Assembly (NCBI GenBank): GCA_002633005.1
Contig: NMRA01000533.1
Location: forward strand, 62,001-126,000
Direction of reading: 5' to 3'
Length of the DNA: 64,000 bases
From: Phoronis australis
Lineage: Eukaryota > Animalia > Phoronida
Below, in pieces: positions 42,148-55,078 of this stretch (the first letter of the stretch is position 1; each line of letters starts with the position of its first letter). The notes beneath the pieces were generated by a model. It was not told where the DNA came from, made no database searches, and saw nothing but the letters and a program-made list of their open reading frames with translations. A program made the position numbers and the translations under genes.

Positions 42148-43876
42148 GTAAGTTAATATTATTATAAATACTAGGTAGTGTCATATTGCTATCGCTAGCT
42201 TGAACACTGATCACACATTCAATGTTTGATGACAACTAGCCTTTCCAAAGTAGTTCCAACAAAGATTGTAGGCTACACCGTTCTTTTCAGAACCGGGAAT
42301 TTAAAACCAAAATTGCGGTTAAAGTTTTGCAAAACTTATGCGGCCATATTCCAAACTGGGGTATCTACATTGCACATGTGAGAAAGACCACCAAACTTAC
42401 ACGAAAATATCAGCAATTTTCCAAGTGACCGAACATATTTGGACGTGTTCTCGAACTCATTGAACATTTTCCAAGGATTATGTCGATGGACAAGTTTTGC
42501 TTGTAAGTGTGCTGTTTGTAAAATGTTCAGTGACTCCCATGCGCAACTAGAGCATTCACTGGGTAACTAATTTCAGTCAGCATACATCAGACCCGAATCA
42601 TCATGATCAGAGCCAATTCGATCATCTGTTCAGTTTTTGTCCTGCAATTTGTGGCCTTAGGGTTACACCTCTTATTGATTCATGTGCCATCGTTTCCTGG
42701 AAGGAAACGCTTTGACCAAAGTTCACGAAATTTCTCTAAGGAAATCTAGATAAAAAGCTGCCACATTTGGTCTAGCTGTTGTGAAACTGATGTAAACGTT
42801 GAATTGATCACCATAGAAACATACTTGAAAAAATTAATGAAGCCTCTTTATGAGGTTCTTTTGATAAAACTGCGTACTGCCCGTGGTCAGGCATTGTACC
42901 TTATGCGATGGTGTGTCCATTCAATCAGCTGTTGCTTGAAAACAATCACTATTTTCCGGATGGGAAAATATGACTAGAATTCACCAACGCTCTTAAAACT
43001 GGCCCCAAAATTACCGAATCAGGAGACTCTAATGAAATTTAATGGAAAGTTTGATTAAAATCCCAAGACTGATTTAAAATAGAGAAAGTCATTTTGTACA
43101 TCAATATGTTTTTCATTTCCTTTAAGCCCCTTTAAACAATTTTGCTAACTTAACCTTTTTTACCAAAAATGGGATGTTTTGGTTCAAAACATCCATGATG
43201 TTTTAACTTCAAAAATAAATGCTCCAATCTATTTAAATAGACGTTTTGAACATACCTCACTGTGATGCATAACCACATACGTTTTTTTAAGATCGGTGAT
43301 CCTAGAGTCAAAGGTTGCCTTTTCTCGAGGAATGACAGTAAATTTGCTAATGAAATTCATGGCTCGATAAAACATGGAAACTTAGTGTTAAACCATATTT
43401 TAAACCCAAATTCCTCAACGAATATTAAAGGAATTTTTTTTTCGAAGCAATGAGAATCAAAAAAAATCATAATGGCTTGCAAATTTGCAAAGAAAATTGA
43501 TAAACTATATGCTTCGTAATTGCAATTAACTTCATGGTGTGTTCACTTCCGGGAAGGTATTCTGAAAAGATACTGAGATATGATACCGTAAACACATACT
43601 AAAATCATATAAAGTGTATATAAATATGCTAAATGAAAGTTTTTGATGTTTCAGTTACGCTATTGTCTTACTTTCGGAAAAGGGAAATTGCTCACTGATT
43701 CGAGTACCACTAGTTGAGCAGTTTGCAGGTCTCCAAACCATGTGCAATTGTTCAATCACTATAAAATTCGATCCTACTGTCATTTAAAATAATGATTATT
43801 AGTCATGAATCTAAGGTTTTGGTCGATCTGCCTTGTTTTTCTAAATAAACTACATGCTGGCATTGGATAATTATAG

Positions 43877-44053
43877 GAAAAAGCTGCGGAAAGCCAGACA
43901 ACAAAAACAATACATATGTTAAGGCTAACTCGGAGCTTTATGAAGGAACGGCCCAATATTCATGCAACACAGGATTTGAGCAGTCAGGTGGTAACGCAAC
44001 ACGTACCTGCGACGCTAATGGTAAATGGACTGGAGTACCACTTGAATGTGCTA
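43877..44053 (+). CDS. Sushi/CCP exon, variant F (KSCGKPDNKNNTYVKANSELYEGTAQYSCNTGFEQSGGNATRTCDANGKWTGVPLECA)
   Basis: 177 nt, intact splice sites, open frame. Confidence 0.9.
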
Positions 44054-46715
44054 GTAAGTTAATATTATTTATATGCGCTAACTGCAAAGCGATACCGAAG
44101 CTAGTTTACAGTGGAACAACACGTGTAGTTGAGATAAAAGGTCGTGTATATTATGACAAACTAAACTACTACAGAGATCAGTAATTACAAAAGTTATATA
44201 ACATGTTGCACTGTAAAGGTGGGTGACAATCTGCCTCCAATGATGGTATACGCAAGTGGTGAATAGTAAGTTAAGAAACAATGTGGAAGAATAATAGCGA
44301 CACCGGGACAGCGACATGTGAAATTTGAGAATAACAGGGAAAGAATGAAAATTGGTTTGAGGGAGGGAGGGAAAGAGAAATTGAGTGAAAAATGAAACTT
44401 GGAGAGAATTGTGGACGATAGCCCAGTGTTCAGTCAGCATACATCAGGCCTGAATAATTTTGAAGAGAGGCAATTTCATCACCTGTTTACGTATTATCCT
44501 GCAATTTGTTGCCACAGTGTCACCCCTGCTTGCTGATTCCTGTGCCTTCGTTTTCTAGAAAGAAATATTTTGGCCAAATTTCATTAAAATTCACCGAAGA
44601 AATTTAGTTAAAGACACCGCCACCGTGGGTCCAGCTGTAGTGAAAATTATGTAAAAATTGATTTGATCACCACAGAAGCATATTTGAAAAAAATAAGGAA
44701 GCTAATTGATGAGGTTGTTTTGATAAAACTGCATACTGCCCGTGATCAGGCGTTGTACCTTATGCTATGGTATTCTTCCTATCTGCTGTTGTTTGAACAC
44801 GAACATTTTTCTCAATGACATTTCCTGATGGTAAAATATTATTAGAATTCACCAGCACCCAAAAAAAACTGCCCCGAAATTACCGAGTTTTGAGACTCCA
44901 ATGAAATTCCATTGAAACTTTTATTAAAATCCAAAGACTGATTTCAAATATATAGGTTCAATTTCTACATCAACATTTTCGCTAACTAAACTTTTTTAAG
45001 CAAAAATGAGCTAAATTGCTTCAAAATATCCACGATGTTATATCTTCAAAAAAAGGCCCAAATTGTTGTAAAAATGCATTTTGAACATACCTCACTATGA
45101 TAATGTATATAAACACATGCGTTTTTTTCATGATCGGTGATCCTAGAGTCAAAGGTTTGGTTTTCTCGTGGAATGGCAGTAAATTTGCTAGTGAAGTCCA
45201 TGGCTCGATAAAGCATGGAAACTTAGTGCTAAACCATACTTGGAACCCATAGTCCTCCACGACTATTTTATTCTTCGAAGGAATGAGTTTCAAGAATTCA
45301 TTACGGCCTGCAAATTTGCCAAGGAAATTTGTAGAATATCTGCTTAGTGAATGAAATTAACTTCATGGTGTTTTCACTTCCGGGGAAGGTATTCCGAGAG
45401 ATACTGATATCTTACTAGATATTATTCCGCCTATCTACCGAGACCGAAGGGATTTATCCTAAACGCATCGAAGTTGTGAGTTTCTTTTGATTTGTTTCGA
45501 CATTTTATAAATACTTGACCCTGACTTTTTAAGTGACGAATCACAACCTTTGTTTATGTACGTGTGCGTTATCTTGCTAACTTATTATAGTAAAGGAAAA
45601 CAGATTAAATGTAAAGGTTTATTACTTGAAATTGATAAAAAGTGTGAAAACAACAGCTTTGTGCTTTGAACTTGTATCATATTTCGAAAATAAATAAACT
45701 TCGAGAATATTTATAACATTGTGAAATCCTCATCGGGTAGCTGCACTGATTCATAAAACTAGGTCATTGACCGGAGCGCGTGTCCTACACGTCGTCTGTT
45801 TTCACGAAGATGTTAAATGTTCCAGCGTTGATGACAGCTGCGGCGGATAGGCCTGTTGTAGCTTTGTTGCAGGTACGTTGTCGCATTTCTACGGATTCTG
45901 TAGCATTGGTACAAAGCTGTATGCTAAATATACGATAGTCTGTTCATACAGCTAGTTGGCTGGCTAAAAATTCTGTAGCATCGGTAGGTACACGTTTTGC
46001 TGGGACGGCCGTCGTTGCTGCTCGTGTAATACTGTCGCCGATAGTACCTGGTGCTGTCATGGCCAGTGACAACAGTGTTTGATATTGGCGAGGAATCGTT
46101 GCCTGAGTTGAAGACTATATAATATATAGGAATTGAAAACAATCCTGTTCCAGATGTTACGATTGAGACCTGGTTTCATGTTGAGTGGTATTTACACTGC
46201 TACAATTGTATTACTTTAAGCTATTTCCCGAAAGGCTGCTGGTCTAACCGTCGAATCGACATTTACCTTCCTTTTGAACATTCAATGTCAGAGGTCCTTG
46301 TTGAAATATTGTGGGAGGTAAATACGAAAAACATTATTACACGGCCGTACTTCCCTCGACAGATTCAACGCGTATGGGATAAAATACTGTGAACGCATGC
46401 TAAGAATTAAACAAATTAATATGCTAAATGAAACCTTAGGATGTTTGAGTTATTTCCCAAGATATACTCGATGTTTCTAAATGGTGGTTACGCTTTTGGT
46501 TTTCTTTCGTAAAATGGAAATTGCTCGCTGTTTCAAGTACCTCTATTTGAGAATTTTTCTGATCTCCGAACCATATGCAATTATTCAGTCAGCATAAATT
46601 TCGATTCCCTCGTCATTTAAAATAAAGTTTATCACTCCTGTATCTAAGTCTTTGTCGATCTGCCTTATTTATCTAAATAAACTACATGTACATGCTAGCA
46701 TTCGAGTAATTATAG

Positions 46716-46892
46716 GAATTAACTGCGGAAAGCCAGACAACAACCTCAATACCACTGTTAAAGTTAGTTCGGAAGTTTTTGAAGGAACAGTCCAATACTC
46801 ATGCGGCACATGATATGAGCATTCAGGCTCTAACCTAACACGTACCTGCGACACCGGTGCTAACTGGACAGGAGTACCACTTGAATGTTCTA
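46716..46892 (+). pseudogene. Dead Sushi pseudo-exon
   Basis: Homologous 177 nt with an in-frame TGA at 46811-46813 (GGA in sisters) and the donor GTAAGT mutated to GGAATT. Confidence 0.88.
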
Positions 46893-47869
46893 GGAATTCA
46901 ATAATTCTAGACATAATCAATAATTGTCATATCGTTATTGCTAGCCCTGTGTGAATATTGTTCCCAAAGCCAATGTTCGTTGACGTTTAGGAGTCTTTCA
47001 CGATCAGTTCTGAAAAATCTGGTAGGCTACGTCACCCATAGCAGATCATGGAATTTAAATGCAGTCTTTCTGTTAAACATTTGTAAAGCTTAAACGGCCA
47101 TATTCTAAGCTCAGAACTCCACATGTGAGAAAGGGCAACAACCATTACAGCGACTTTCCTTCTGACCGAACAAAATATCAGTCTTGGTGTAGATGAGGGT
47201 ATGCATGCGTTTCAATCGTATACTCCGTAAATTTTTATACATCTCATTTTCATCAGGTAATTTTTCCTGACAAAAGCTCTAAAGTAATGTTGTTTAAATT
47301 TCAAGTTTATTTGAGCAAATATATGTGGTTCTGTCAATGGTTTCTGAAACTTAAACAACGTCCAAGGTTCATTGAATTAATTCCACTTTTACTAGGAACG
47401 TCAAAATTGACACCAAAAATCTTTTTTTTTTACCTTTGGGATAAGTAGTAGGACACATAAACCATACAACTCATCATAACTGAGAAACAAAATCGTTAAT
47501 TGGGTGACCTAAATTCTAACTGTGGTGTGAAGAAGGACAGAACTGACAGGGAATGCTATTGCAGCGGTCGATTGAATATCATCACACAGAAACAAATACA
47601 TGTACGGCCCTCGATCTTTAGAACGATGTATCGTCCCTTGAAGGTATCAGCTGATTTCTACACATGCCGAGTTTCTTGACTCTGTTTGCATATGCGCAGT
47701 GTTTCATCTCCGAACCTTGGTATTGACACTTTTTTTCTGAAAAGGATTCCACCAATTTCCGGCCGGCTAACGTACATGTTCGTGTAAGTAACCTCTCCGA
47801 TTGAAGACATGTCTACCGATACCTTCATACGGATTTCAATAGATGCTCTTACAACAGGAATTATCAAAG

Positions 47870-48697
47870 AAACCGTCGACCCCTATACCTCTTCCCTTCT
47901 CGAATCCATCAACCCACGACCCCTATGACCCACAACAACCTCGGCCCACTACAAAGAACAGCTTACACAAGCTTGATTCGATCTGAGAAGAGAACAAACG
48001 GTGACTTGCAAGACTAAGTCTGGCCCTGAGTTCGGAGAGTTTTTCCCTGTTATTTGCACTTAAGAGACTGGATTCCGAAAGTTTGATTGCCAAAAACAGA
48101 AAAAACAACACCAGCAAATCAATGAAAGAACTTTCAACGTTACAAATCGTTTGTTCCCATCAGAGTGAAATTGTGTCTCTTGTTCTTCACTGACCGCAGA
48201 TTCAAGCTATTGGGAGAGAGTGCAAGAAGGCCACGAGTGTGTGATTTATTCAGTAAAAACAGTTTGAAAAAAAAATATTAACCAAAAACGCATCTCAAAG
48301 TTACATGGCGCATGTTGCAAACGAGTATACGACATAAAGTACATGTATATAGTAAAACTGTGAAACTACACTGTATATGTATACGAGTTAACGTGCCCTC
48401 TCCTTAAGCAACGATAGTACACTCATAATCCGCCATTTAAGACAGTGTTCTTACTCTACCTTTTGTTTTTAAACACATGGTCCATCCTTGAGCCAGGACA
48501 TACTCGCGTTGTTAGGTCTTCTGGGAAAGTCACTCAGCGACGTAATGAGATTATGGAATATTTAAAAAGCGCAAAGATATCTTTGTTGCCGCAGATCGTG
48601 AGTCGCGGTGGTTGTGGGTCGTGGGGGTCGTGGGTCGGGAGGGTCATGGGTCAAGGGTTCGTGAGGTGTGGGAACCGAGGTGTTCCTTAAAACTCCC
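47870..48697. mobile_element. Degenerate TIR element/MITE
   Basis: Left arm ACCCACGACCCCTATGACCCACAACAACC (~47912) is the imperfect inverse of right arm GGTGGTTGTGGGTCGTGGGGGTCGTGGGT (~48607-48635). Confidence 0.55.
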
Positions 48698-49739
48698 TGT
48701 GTTTCCACATTACCAATAACGAAATATTCAAACTTGCTTTTTACCTTTGTCACATTTCTGGTATGTTTTTTCTGATTTCCTGAATGCTTCAAAGGATAAG
48801 CTTTAAAACCTACACCCACCGCATGACGATTTGCATGAATGGATTACTTGATTCCTTGCTCTGGAGCAAAAATAGTTTAACGGAGACTCCTTTAAAAATC
48901 CGGAGATGTTCTTCTAATAAAGGGGTTCATTGTCAACGTGAACATCGGGAAGAATTTTTCCAACCCGTTCTGTGGGCTATTTTTGCCAAATTATTTAGGA
49001 AGCTCTAACTAAAAAAATAAAGGCAATATTTTTTACACAGAACATTTGGACACGTATCACCAAAATATATGAACGCATATTATTTTCAAGATCGGTGATC
49101 TTAAAGTCGAACTTTTTGGTGCTCTAGTGGAATGACAGTAAGTTGCTAATGGATGACGTCATTGGCTTGAAAACACAAGGAAATTAAATTATAAGTCGTA
49201 ATTGAAACCCAGGCTCATCTAAGGATGTGAAAAAAATCAGTTTTCGAATTAAGAAGATTCGAAACATAATTTCAGACTGCAAATTTGCTAAGGGAATGTC
49301 TAGGTATGAGTTTAGTCATTTACAATATTTGTTCATGTTTTAAATTGCAGTGAAAGTGTTTTAAATTTATACTGAAATATTATATTGTGATACGAAATCT
49401 AAATATCAAATAAGTTACATATTGCGGATAATTTCGAATACACTACATGACACTTTTGTAGTGTTCGAATTTTTTCCCAACTATTCTGGATATTTTACTC
49501 AATGGTGGTCAGGTTTTATGACTTCTTTCAGAAAAGTGAATATAGCTAAGCATTCTTATTTATTTCTGGTTGAGTACTTTTTTGTTGAGTTCCAACGCAT
49601 GTGAAACCACTCAGTGAGCGTAATTTTTTATTCTCTCGTCATTTAAAATAAAGCTTATTACACATGCGTCTTAATTTTGGTCGTTCTTCCTGATTTACCT
49701 TAAAAAACTACACCTTATGCTTATTTTTGGATATCATAG

Positions 49740-49913
49740 GGAAAAAATGCGGAAAGCCAGTCTTCAACCTCAATACCACTGTTGAAGTTAGCTCGGAACT
49801 TTATGGAGGAACAGCCCAATACTCTTGTGACACAAGTTATCTGCAGACAGGCGGTAACCTAACACGTACCTGCAACGCTGAAGGCAACTGGACAGGAGTA
49901 CCACTTGAATGCA
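49740..49913 (+). CDS. Sushi/CCP exon, subtype 2 copy 1 (KKCGKPVFNLNTTVEVSSELYGGTAQYSCDTSYLQTGGNLTRTCNAEGNWTGVPLEC)
   Basis: 174 nt, CATAG acceptor, GTAAGT donor, phase 1-1, open frame. Confidence 0.9.
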
Positions 49914-52779
49914 GTAAGTCAATAATCTCTAAGAAATAATATTTAATGTCTCATTGCTATTGCTAGACTTTGATATACATTGATTGCGAAGCCAATGAGT
50001 TATAACTTGTTGACAACATCCTCTAACCAAGTCTGTCACGAGTAGTTCCCACAATGTTGGTAGCTACTGCACACCACCCAAAGCAGATCGACGAAGTTAA
50101 ATGCAACGTTACTGAGGAAACTTTGGATAGCTTGTGCGGCCATGTTCCAAGTTCAGGATTCCACAAGGGTGGGAAAGAGTAGCAACCATTTCAGGAAATT
50201 AACTGCGGTGTTCCTGGTAACCAAACCCAAATTCCGTCTTAAGTTAGGGCATGTATTACATCGACTGTATGCCATTCACGGTTCTGTTAGCCTATTCCTT
50301 GATGTCAGTACTTTCATAGCGTTTTAACGTAGACTCCATATTTTCATATACATCATATTTCATTAGGTTATTTTGAACCTGAGAATAGTTCAACTCTATG
50401 TTTAAATCATGTGAGCAAATCCATTTGGTTGAGTCAGTTACTTCTTAAAATTAGGAAACGTGCGATATCCAATGAAATAATTTCAACTTTACTGAAAACG
50501 CTTTAGGTACAAATATACATGTACATTGCCCTTGGGAGGCGTGGTAGAAAGTGTTATACATGTACATGCAAATTTTCACGAAAGTGAGAACAAAAAGAGT
50601 CTTTCGGTTGACCCAATTTCTATTTTGTATCAAACAGTTATCAATAGGGAGGGGAAAGGTATGTAAAGTTGCACTGAATGTCATCAATCAATCACATATC
50701 CTACACTCGATCGTTAGAACGCTGCATCGTCTGCTGACAATATCAGCGGTTTTTAATGTGTAAAAAGGCGGATCTACGGCTGCTTTCAGGGGGTCTAAAC
50801 CCACCCCATTGGGGCAGGATCAAAAATTCAAAAATCGTGACCTGCAAAACAAAATGGTACCGCCAGCATATTCAAACACTAAGAAAACCAACTCAAAAAT
50901 TAGGTGGGATCACCCTGAAAACACAATATCTTGGCATTGTGATTGGCCGTTATCACGAAAAGCAGCGCATTTCAAGTTTTTGTGGCTAATAGGGAATTCT
51001 CACAGAATTTCATTGTTCGTGCCCTTCCGTCGACACTTCTAACATGTAAGTAGCCAAGAACTTAAGACGGTTCCCTCGGGGAAAAAGCTGGTCTGAAGCT
51101 GATTTTTTATAACTACCGTATTTACTCTAAGATACGTTTTGATTTAATTAGGCGAAATAATGTAGTACAACAACCCGCGACGTGCAACGTTTTTAAATCA
51201 TCTGTCTTGTGACGTCATGCTATTACACACAACACGTTTGTAACTGAATTTTGTCAGGCGTATAATAAAGTTGTCTAGTGCAATAATCATACAGTGTACA
51301 TGTAAACTGTTTTATTTAAAACACTCCTTTCCCGAAGGACTTCCGTTGTTGCGGGCGCTGTGGTCTTGTCGCGAGTCAGTTTCGGATAAACCTTAGCAAA
51401 TTAAGTCTATATAAGGAATGAATCCGGAAGAAGCATTCCATTGACAAGGTGTCTGTACTTTCTCAACAGGGTATGCGGGACTCGCACAGTATTCAATAGG
51501 CTTCTTATGGAGGCCTGGTTCCGACCTCTGCACTGACCGTCTTCCTACAGGCAATAAGCACTACTGCCGTCTTCTTTATAGGGAATTACGGCAGCACGTT
51601 ACGCTTGATGAAACATCCTTGACAACGGGTGTTATTTGACTACATTACATTTTAACAGCCAGTAAGACCGTTGCTGATTTTCTGCCAAGTAAGCGCTCCG
51701 CTAACACGTCCGGGTACTATTCACACGGCAGTTGCTTACTCCAAGGGGGTACTTTGCACCGGCTTCAAGAAATAGCAATAAAGATAACAGATTTGCTGAT
51801 GTAGAATTTTTTTTTAATGTTATTTATTACCTAAACGAATACTGTTGTCGTACTTTGACATACCCTCTCTATCGGTGAGTCATTGCTAACCTCAGTAGCC
51901 GGATGTTGGCTGCAGGAGATGCGACGTACTTCACAAACTAATGGTTATGCATTAAATAACATTCTGATATGCCACGAAGATGTAAAATTTGAGCAATAAA
52001 TAATCAACAATGTATAAAAAGAAATAATGAGCATCAAAACAGCCAAACAAAGCAACACGCTGATACATGTATTTTTGTCAATAAGTTTCCAAGGACAACT
52101 TGACTGTCTTTTAGGAATCATTACAGATCTGAAGCCCACAAACTCAAGTCACTGAAGTAGACGAGAATAGTCGATGATACTCTGATCCCGGCTGAGGCAC
52201 AAAACTTTTCTCAAAAGGGCTCTTAGGTTGATAACAGAATGGACTTGAACATGATGCCATGTGGCATATTACTTTTGAACTAGGTTTTCCTTTGAGATAC
52301 GGATTTTAAATACGCACAATCTACCGTTTACCGAGAAAATATTAGCAGAACCATTTTGGAAATGCACAATCGCCAGGAAATCTGGGACAAATGTTACGTT
52401 GCTTTCACTCAAATCGAAACACCGGTCAGGCACAGAGAAGTTGCGCATGTACACAGACTCCATTCATTCACCTAGTCGCGATAATGTTGCGTCAGCGACG
52501 AGTATATATGATAGAAAGGTCCCGTGGATAACAAAAATGGAACGTAGATTTAATCCTGAGACAGATATGTGTTTGTGTGCACGCATACGCCCATTCAGAA
52601 CCAAAGGCATAAGTCGCCTCACGTCTCTGTGACTTTTTTCACAAACACAGTTAGTTGTGAAGTTATAACAAAAACAGAAGTGCCGGAGGCGTGGTGTCAT
52701 TTGCGGCGCAACACACGTGTGCAGGCTTCATGGTTGGGCCATTGAGCTCAACATCTGGGTTAAAGCACGTGACTTTCAT

Positions 52780-53551
52780 TATGGTTCTTGGTGAAGGAAG
52801 TTTTCAAGCCCGCCAGTCTCCTTTAAGAAAACGAACAGACACTTAAATTTGTTGCCATTCACTATATGTTGTTGGCATGTAACAGTGTCATCCATTAGGT
52901 TGCTCCTTAGCATATGAAAATCTGGGCAATACTCTACCAAGTGTTTAGGGGATTCTATGTCAGTACTACACTCAGGTGACACTGTGTTCCCCATATCCCC
53001 GGTAATGCGTCTGTGTCGGGCTAGGTTGCAGTGGCCCATCAAAATTTGAATGAAGTACATGTACGTTACTTATGCCCAACCTATCTGCACTAAGACGGCT
53101 TTTTAATTTTTTTGGTTATCCTGCACCTTCAGTAAGATACCGGGATTGCAGGTTCAGGCACAAAATGTTGAACGCTTGCTATTTTCTTTGATAGTCTGAC
53201 TGATTTCCCATTGACATCATTACTCACATGAGCCCTGACTCGGTGCATGTTGAAGGTTCTTTCAATTGCAAGCTTGTTAAAGTCATTAATAAAGCATTAA
53301 CGCAAACAGAGTTGACCCTTGGTTTTTTGCTGCCTGTCTATCTGAACTTGAAAATTGGTTATTGGCTGAATACCCTGCTCGGTATAATATTGTTGTGCCA
53401 GTAGAGCAGCTTTATTTATTGCAGCGATCTCAGCCTGGAACACCGTGGCAAGATTGCCTAGCGATGCAAAGCTTTCTTTATCTGCAACAGAAAGGCTTGC
53501 AACATAGACTCCATCACCCGTCTGGCCATTCCCGTCCGTACAACAAACCAT
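52780..53551 (-). mobile_element. Decayed 3' part of an RNase H-bearing non-LTR retrotransposon (I-group, R1/LOA-like)
   Basis: TDG..G-x-GVY..LGNLATVFQAEIAAI (RNase H) and LMGHCNLARH..EC..ESPKHLVEYCP (C-terminal CCHC region). Confidence 0.8.
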
Positions 53552-54557
53552 TTCATTCTGCGAAATAAATACTCACTCAAATTCCTTAATTGGGATTATT
53601 TGAAACTTCGATGTTGAGATCTCATGCACACAACTTGTTTTAATTACCAATTCGATTTTTGAACCTACATGTATTTTGTACTTGGCTTTCATATCAATTC
53701 CCTAGCGCTTTTCTAACAAAGAACTGTTAACCTGCGTTGAGGTGGACCGCAATGCACCAGATGTCCCACTTCATACAGTGTATGCTGACTCCGAGCGATT
53801 TTTAGTTAGAGTATACATGTATGCATTAGAGATCGACTTGGACTACATGTAAATTAAATGGTTTTGTGATAATTAATGAATTGTTGAAGTAATGAACGTA
53901 CCTAAGCGAGGTATAGGTTATCTCGACCAAATACAAGGTTTCACCAAATAATTATTCGAAGTCATTGAGATATTCACGTCTTGCCATATAATTGACTTTT
54001 TCTCAGCTTCGGTAAATCGTTTTAATTTGAAATTGGGAACGTAATTTCCCGAAAACGGGATAGTGGATATGGTTCAAACTTTCCAAATTTGAATATTCAT
54101 TCATGAATCCCAAAAAATGCTGTTAAAATTTTAATACAAAGGCCCAGGTTCTGTGTAATGTAACAAAGACGAATACGACTTGTATTTTTTACCTAAATTC
54201 CTTATGTTTTGCGAACTCATTTGCCATAAATACCTAATGAAAAGAATAAACAAAAGTTCCTGACAAGGTTTTTGGTTATGAAGTTTTCATTTAAAAAGGT
54301 TTATTAAAATCGACCAAGCTGTTATTTAACTATGAGTGTACCTTTCATAAATAAGTGTTTTTTATTTCACAAAGTTATAAACGTAATAATAATAACGACG
54401 CGTAAACATCAAACACATTTGATGTTTCCTGATTTTTTTCTTTCATCAATTAAGTACTTTTACGAGTTGACAAAACTTCGTGTTTTGACTTTTGTGTTAT
54501 AATGCAGACCTCTTAGTAAGGCTTGAAGTATCCATTCGGTAAGTACTGGTCTACGTA

Positions 54558-54704
54558 TAGGCGGATCCAGGGGTTCAAGGGGTCCAGACCCTTTTCCCTT
54601 GATTTTGATGATATCAAATCTATAATTTTCAAATTGTTGACTCAGACTCTTATTTTGAAACTCCTTGACTCGACCTCCCCCTTAAAAACTATTGGTACCC
54701 CCTG
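54558..54704. mobile_element. Short hAT-like MITE (sister copy ~62923-63069)
   Basis: TAGGCGGATCCAGGGG...GGTACCCCCTG, imperfect GC-rich inverted ends, ~150 bp. Confidence 0.45.
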
Positions 54705-54867
54705 TTACGTTTGATCTTGTGTCGCCCTCAAGCTGAGTATTGAAAGTAGTCCGTTCTCGCTCAAAAACTGAGTCGTAAAGGCGCACCACAGCATCATTCA
54801 TTTGCACCTGTATCGTGCAAGTCTATTATAGCTAATAGTATTAAACTTCTGTCTGATCACGCGCAAG

Positions 54868-55078
54868 GTTAAACCTGGTTTAAGATCTTAATCCAAGTCT
54901 ACGTGTAAGTAGTATATAACCCGTTGGTGAAATGACCAGGTCTAAATTGGAGTTAAACCAGATTTTATTAGACTACTGGTCTAAAAGTTAAACCACGTTT
55001 ATGAAATGCATATTTTCTTTAAACCTGGTCTATGCCCAGATTAAACCAAGTTTAACTTTAAACCACGTTTATGGAATC
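54868..55078. repeat. Array of TTAAACC(A/T)GGTTTAA-like palindromes (sister copy ~63232-63445)
   Basis: TTAAACCTGGTTTAA, TTAAACCAAGTTTAA and TAAACCACGTTTA repeated. Probably a non-autonomous transposon arm. Confidence 0.55.

Larger units (their letters stand above)
25692..47400 (+). repeat. Tandem exon+intron amplification array (units ~1.9-2.9 kb) with higher-order organisation
   Basis: The same intron blocks (e.g. TTTTTCAAGATCGGTGATCCTAGAGTCAAAGG; TTGGTCGATCTGCCTTGTTTTTCTAAA) recur before the Sushi exons. 28559-31440 nearly matches 35969-38850 (offset ~7411). Confidence 0.95.

Noticed and set aside
25855-43453. Recurrent intronic ORFs (MHNHIRFFKIGDPRVKG.., MCKSQVHLVQS..) as current genes
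   Set aside because: Broken by stops and frameshifts in sister copies and with no recognisable domain. Kept only as a possible fossil.
46811-46813. In-frame TGA as selenocysteine or readthrough
   Set aside because: It replaces Gly (GGA) rather than Cys, and the same exon has lost its donor site.
26899-46920. Recurrent minus-strand ORFs overlapping the Sushi exons (..SGTPVHFPLASQVRVELPPDC..)
   Set aside because: Antisense shadows of the real exons, with start and stop positions that vary between copies.
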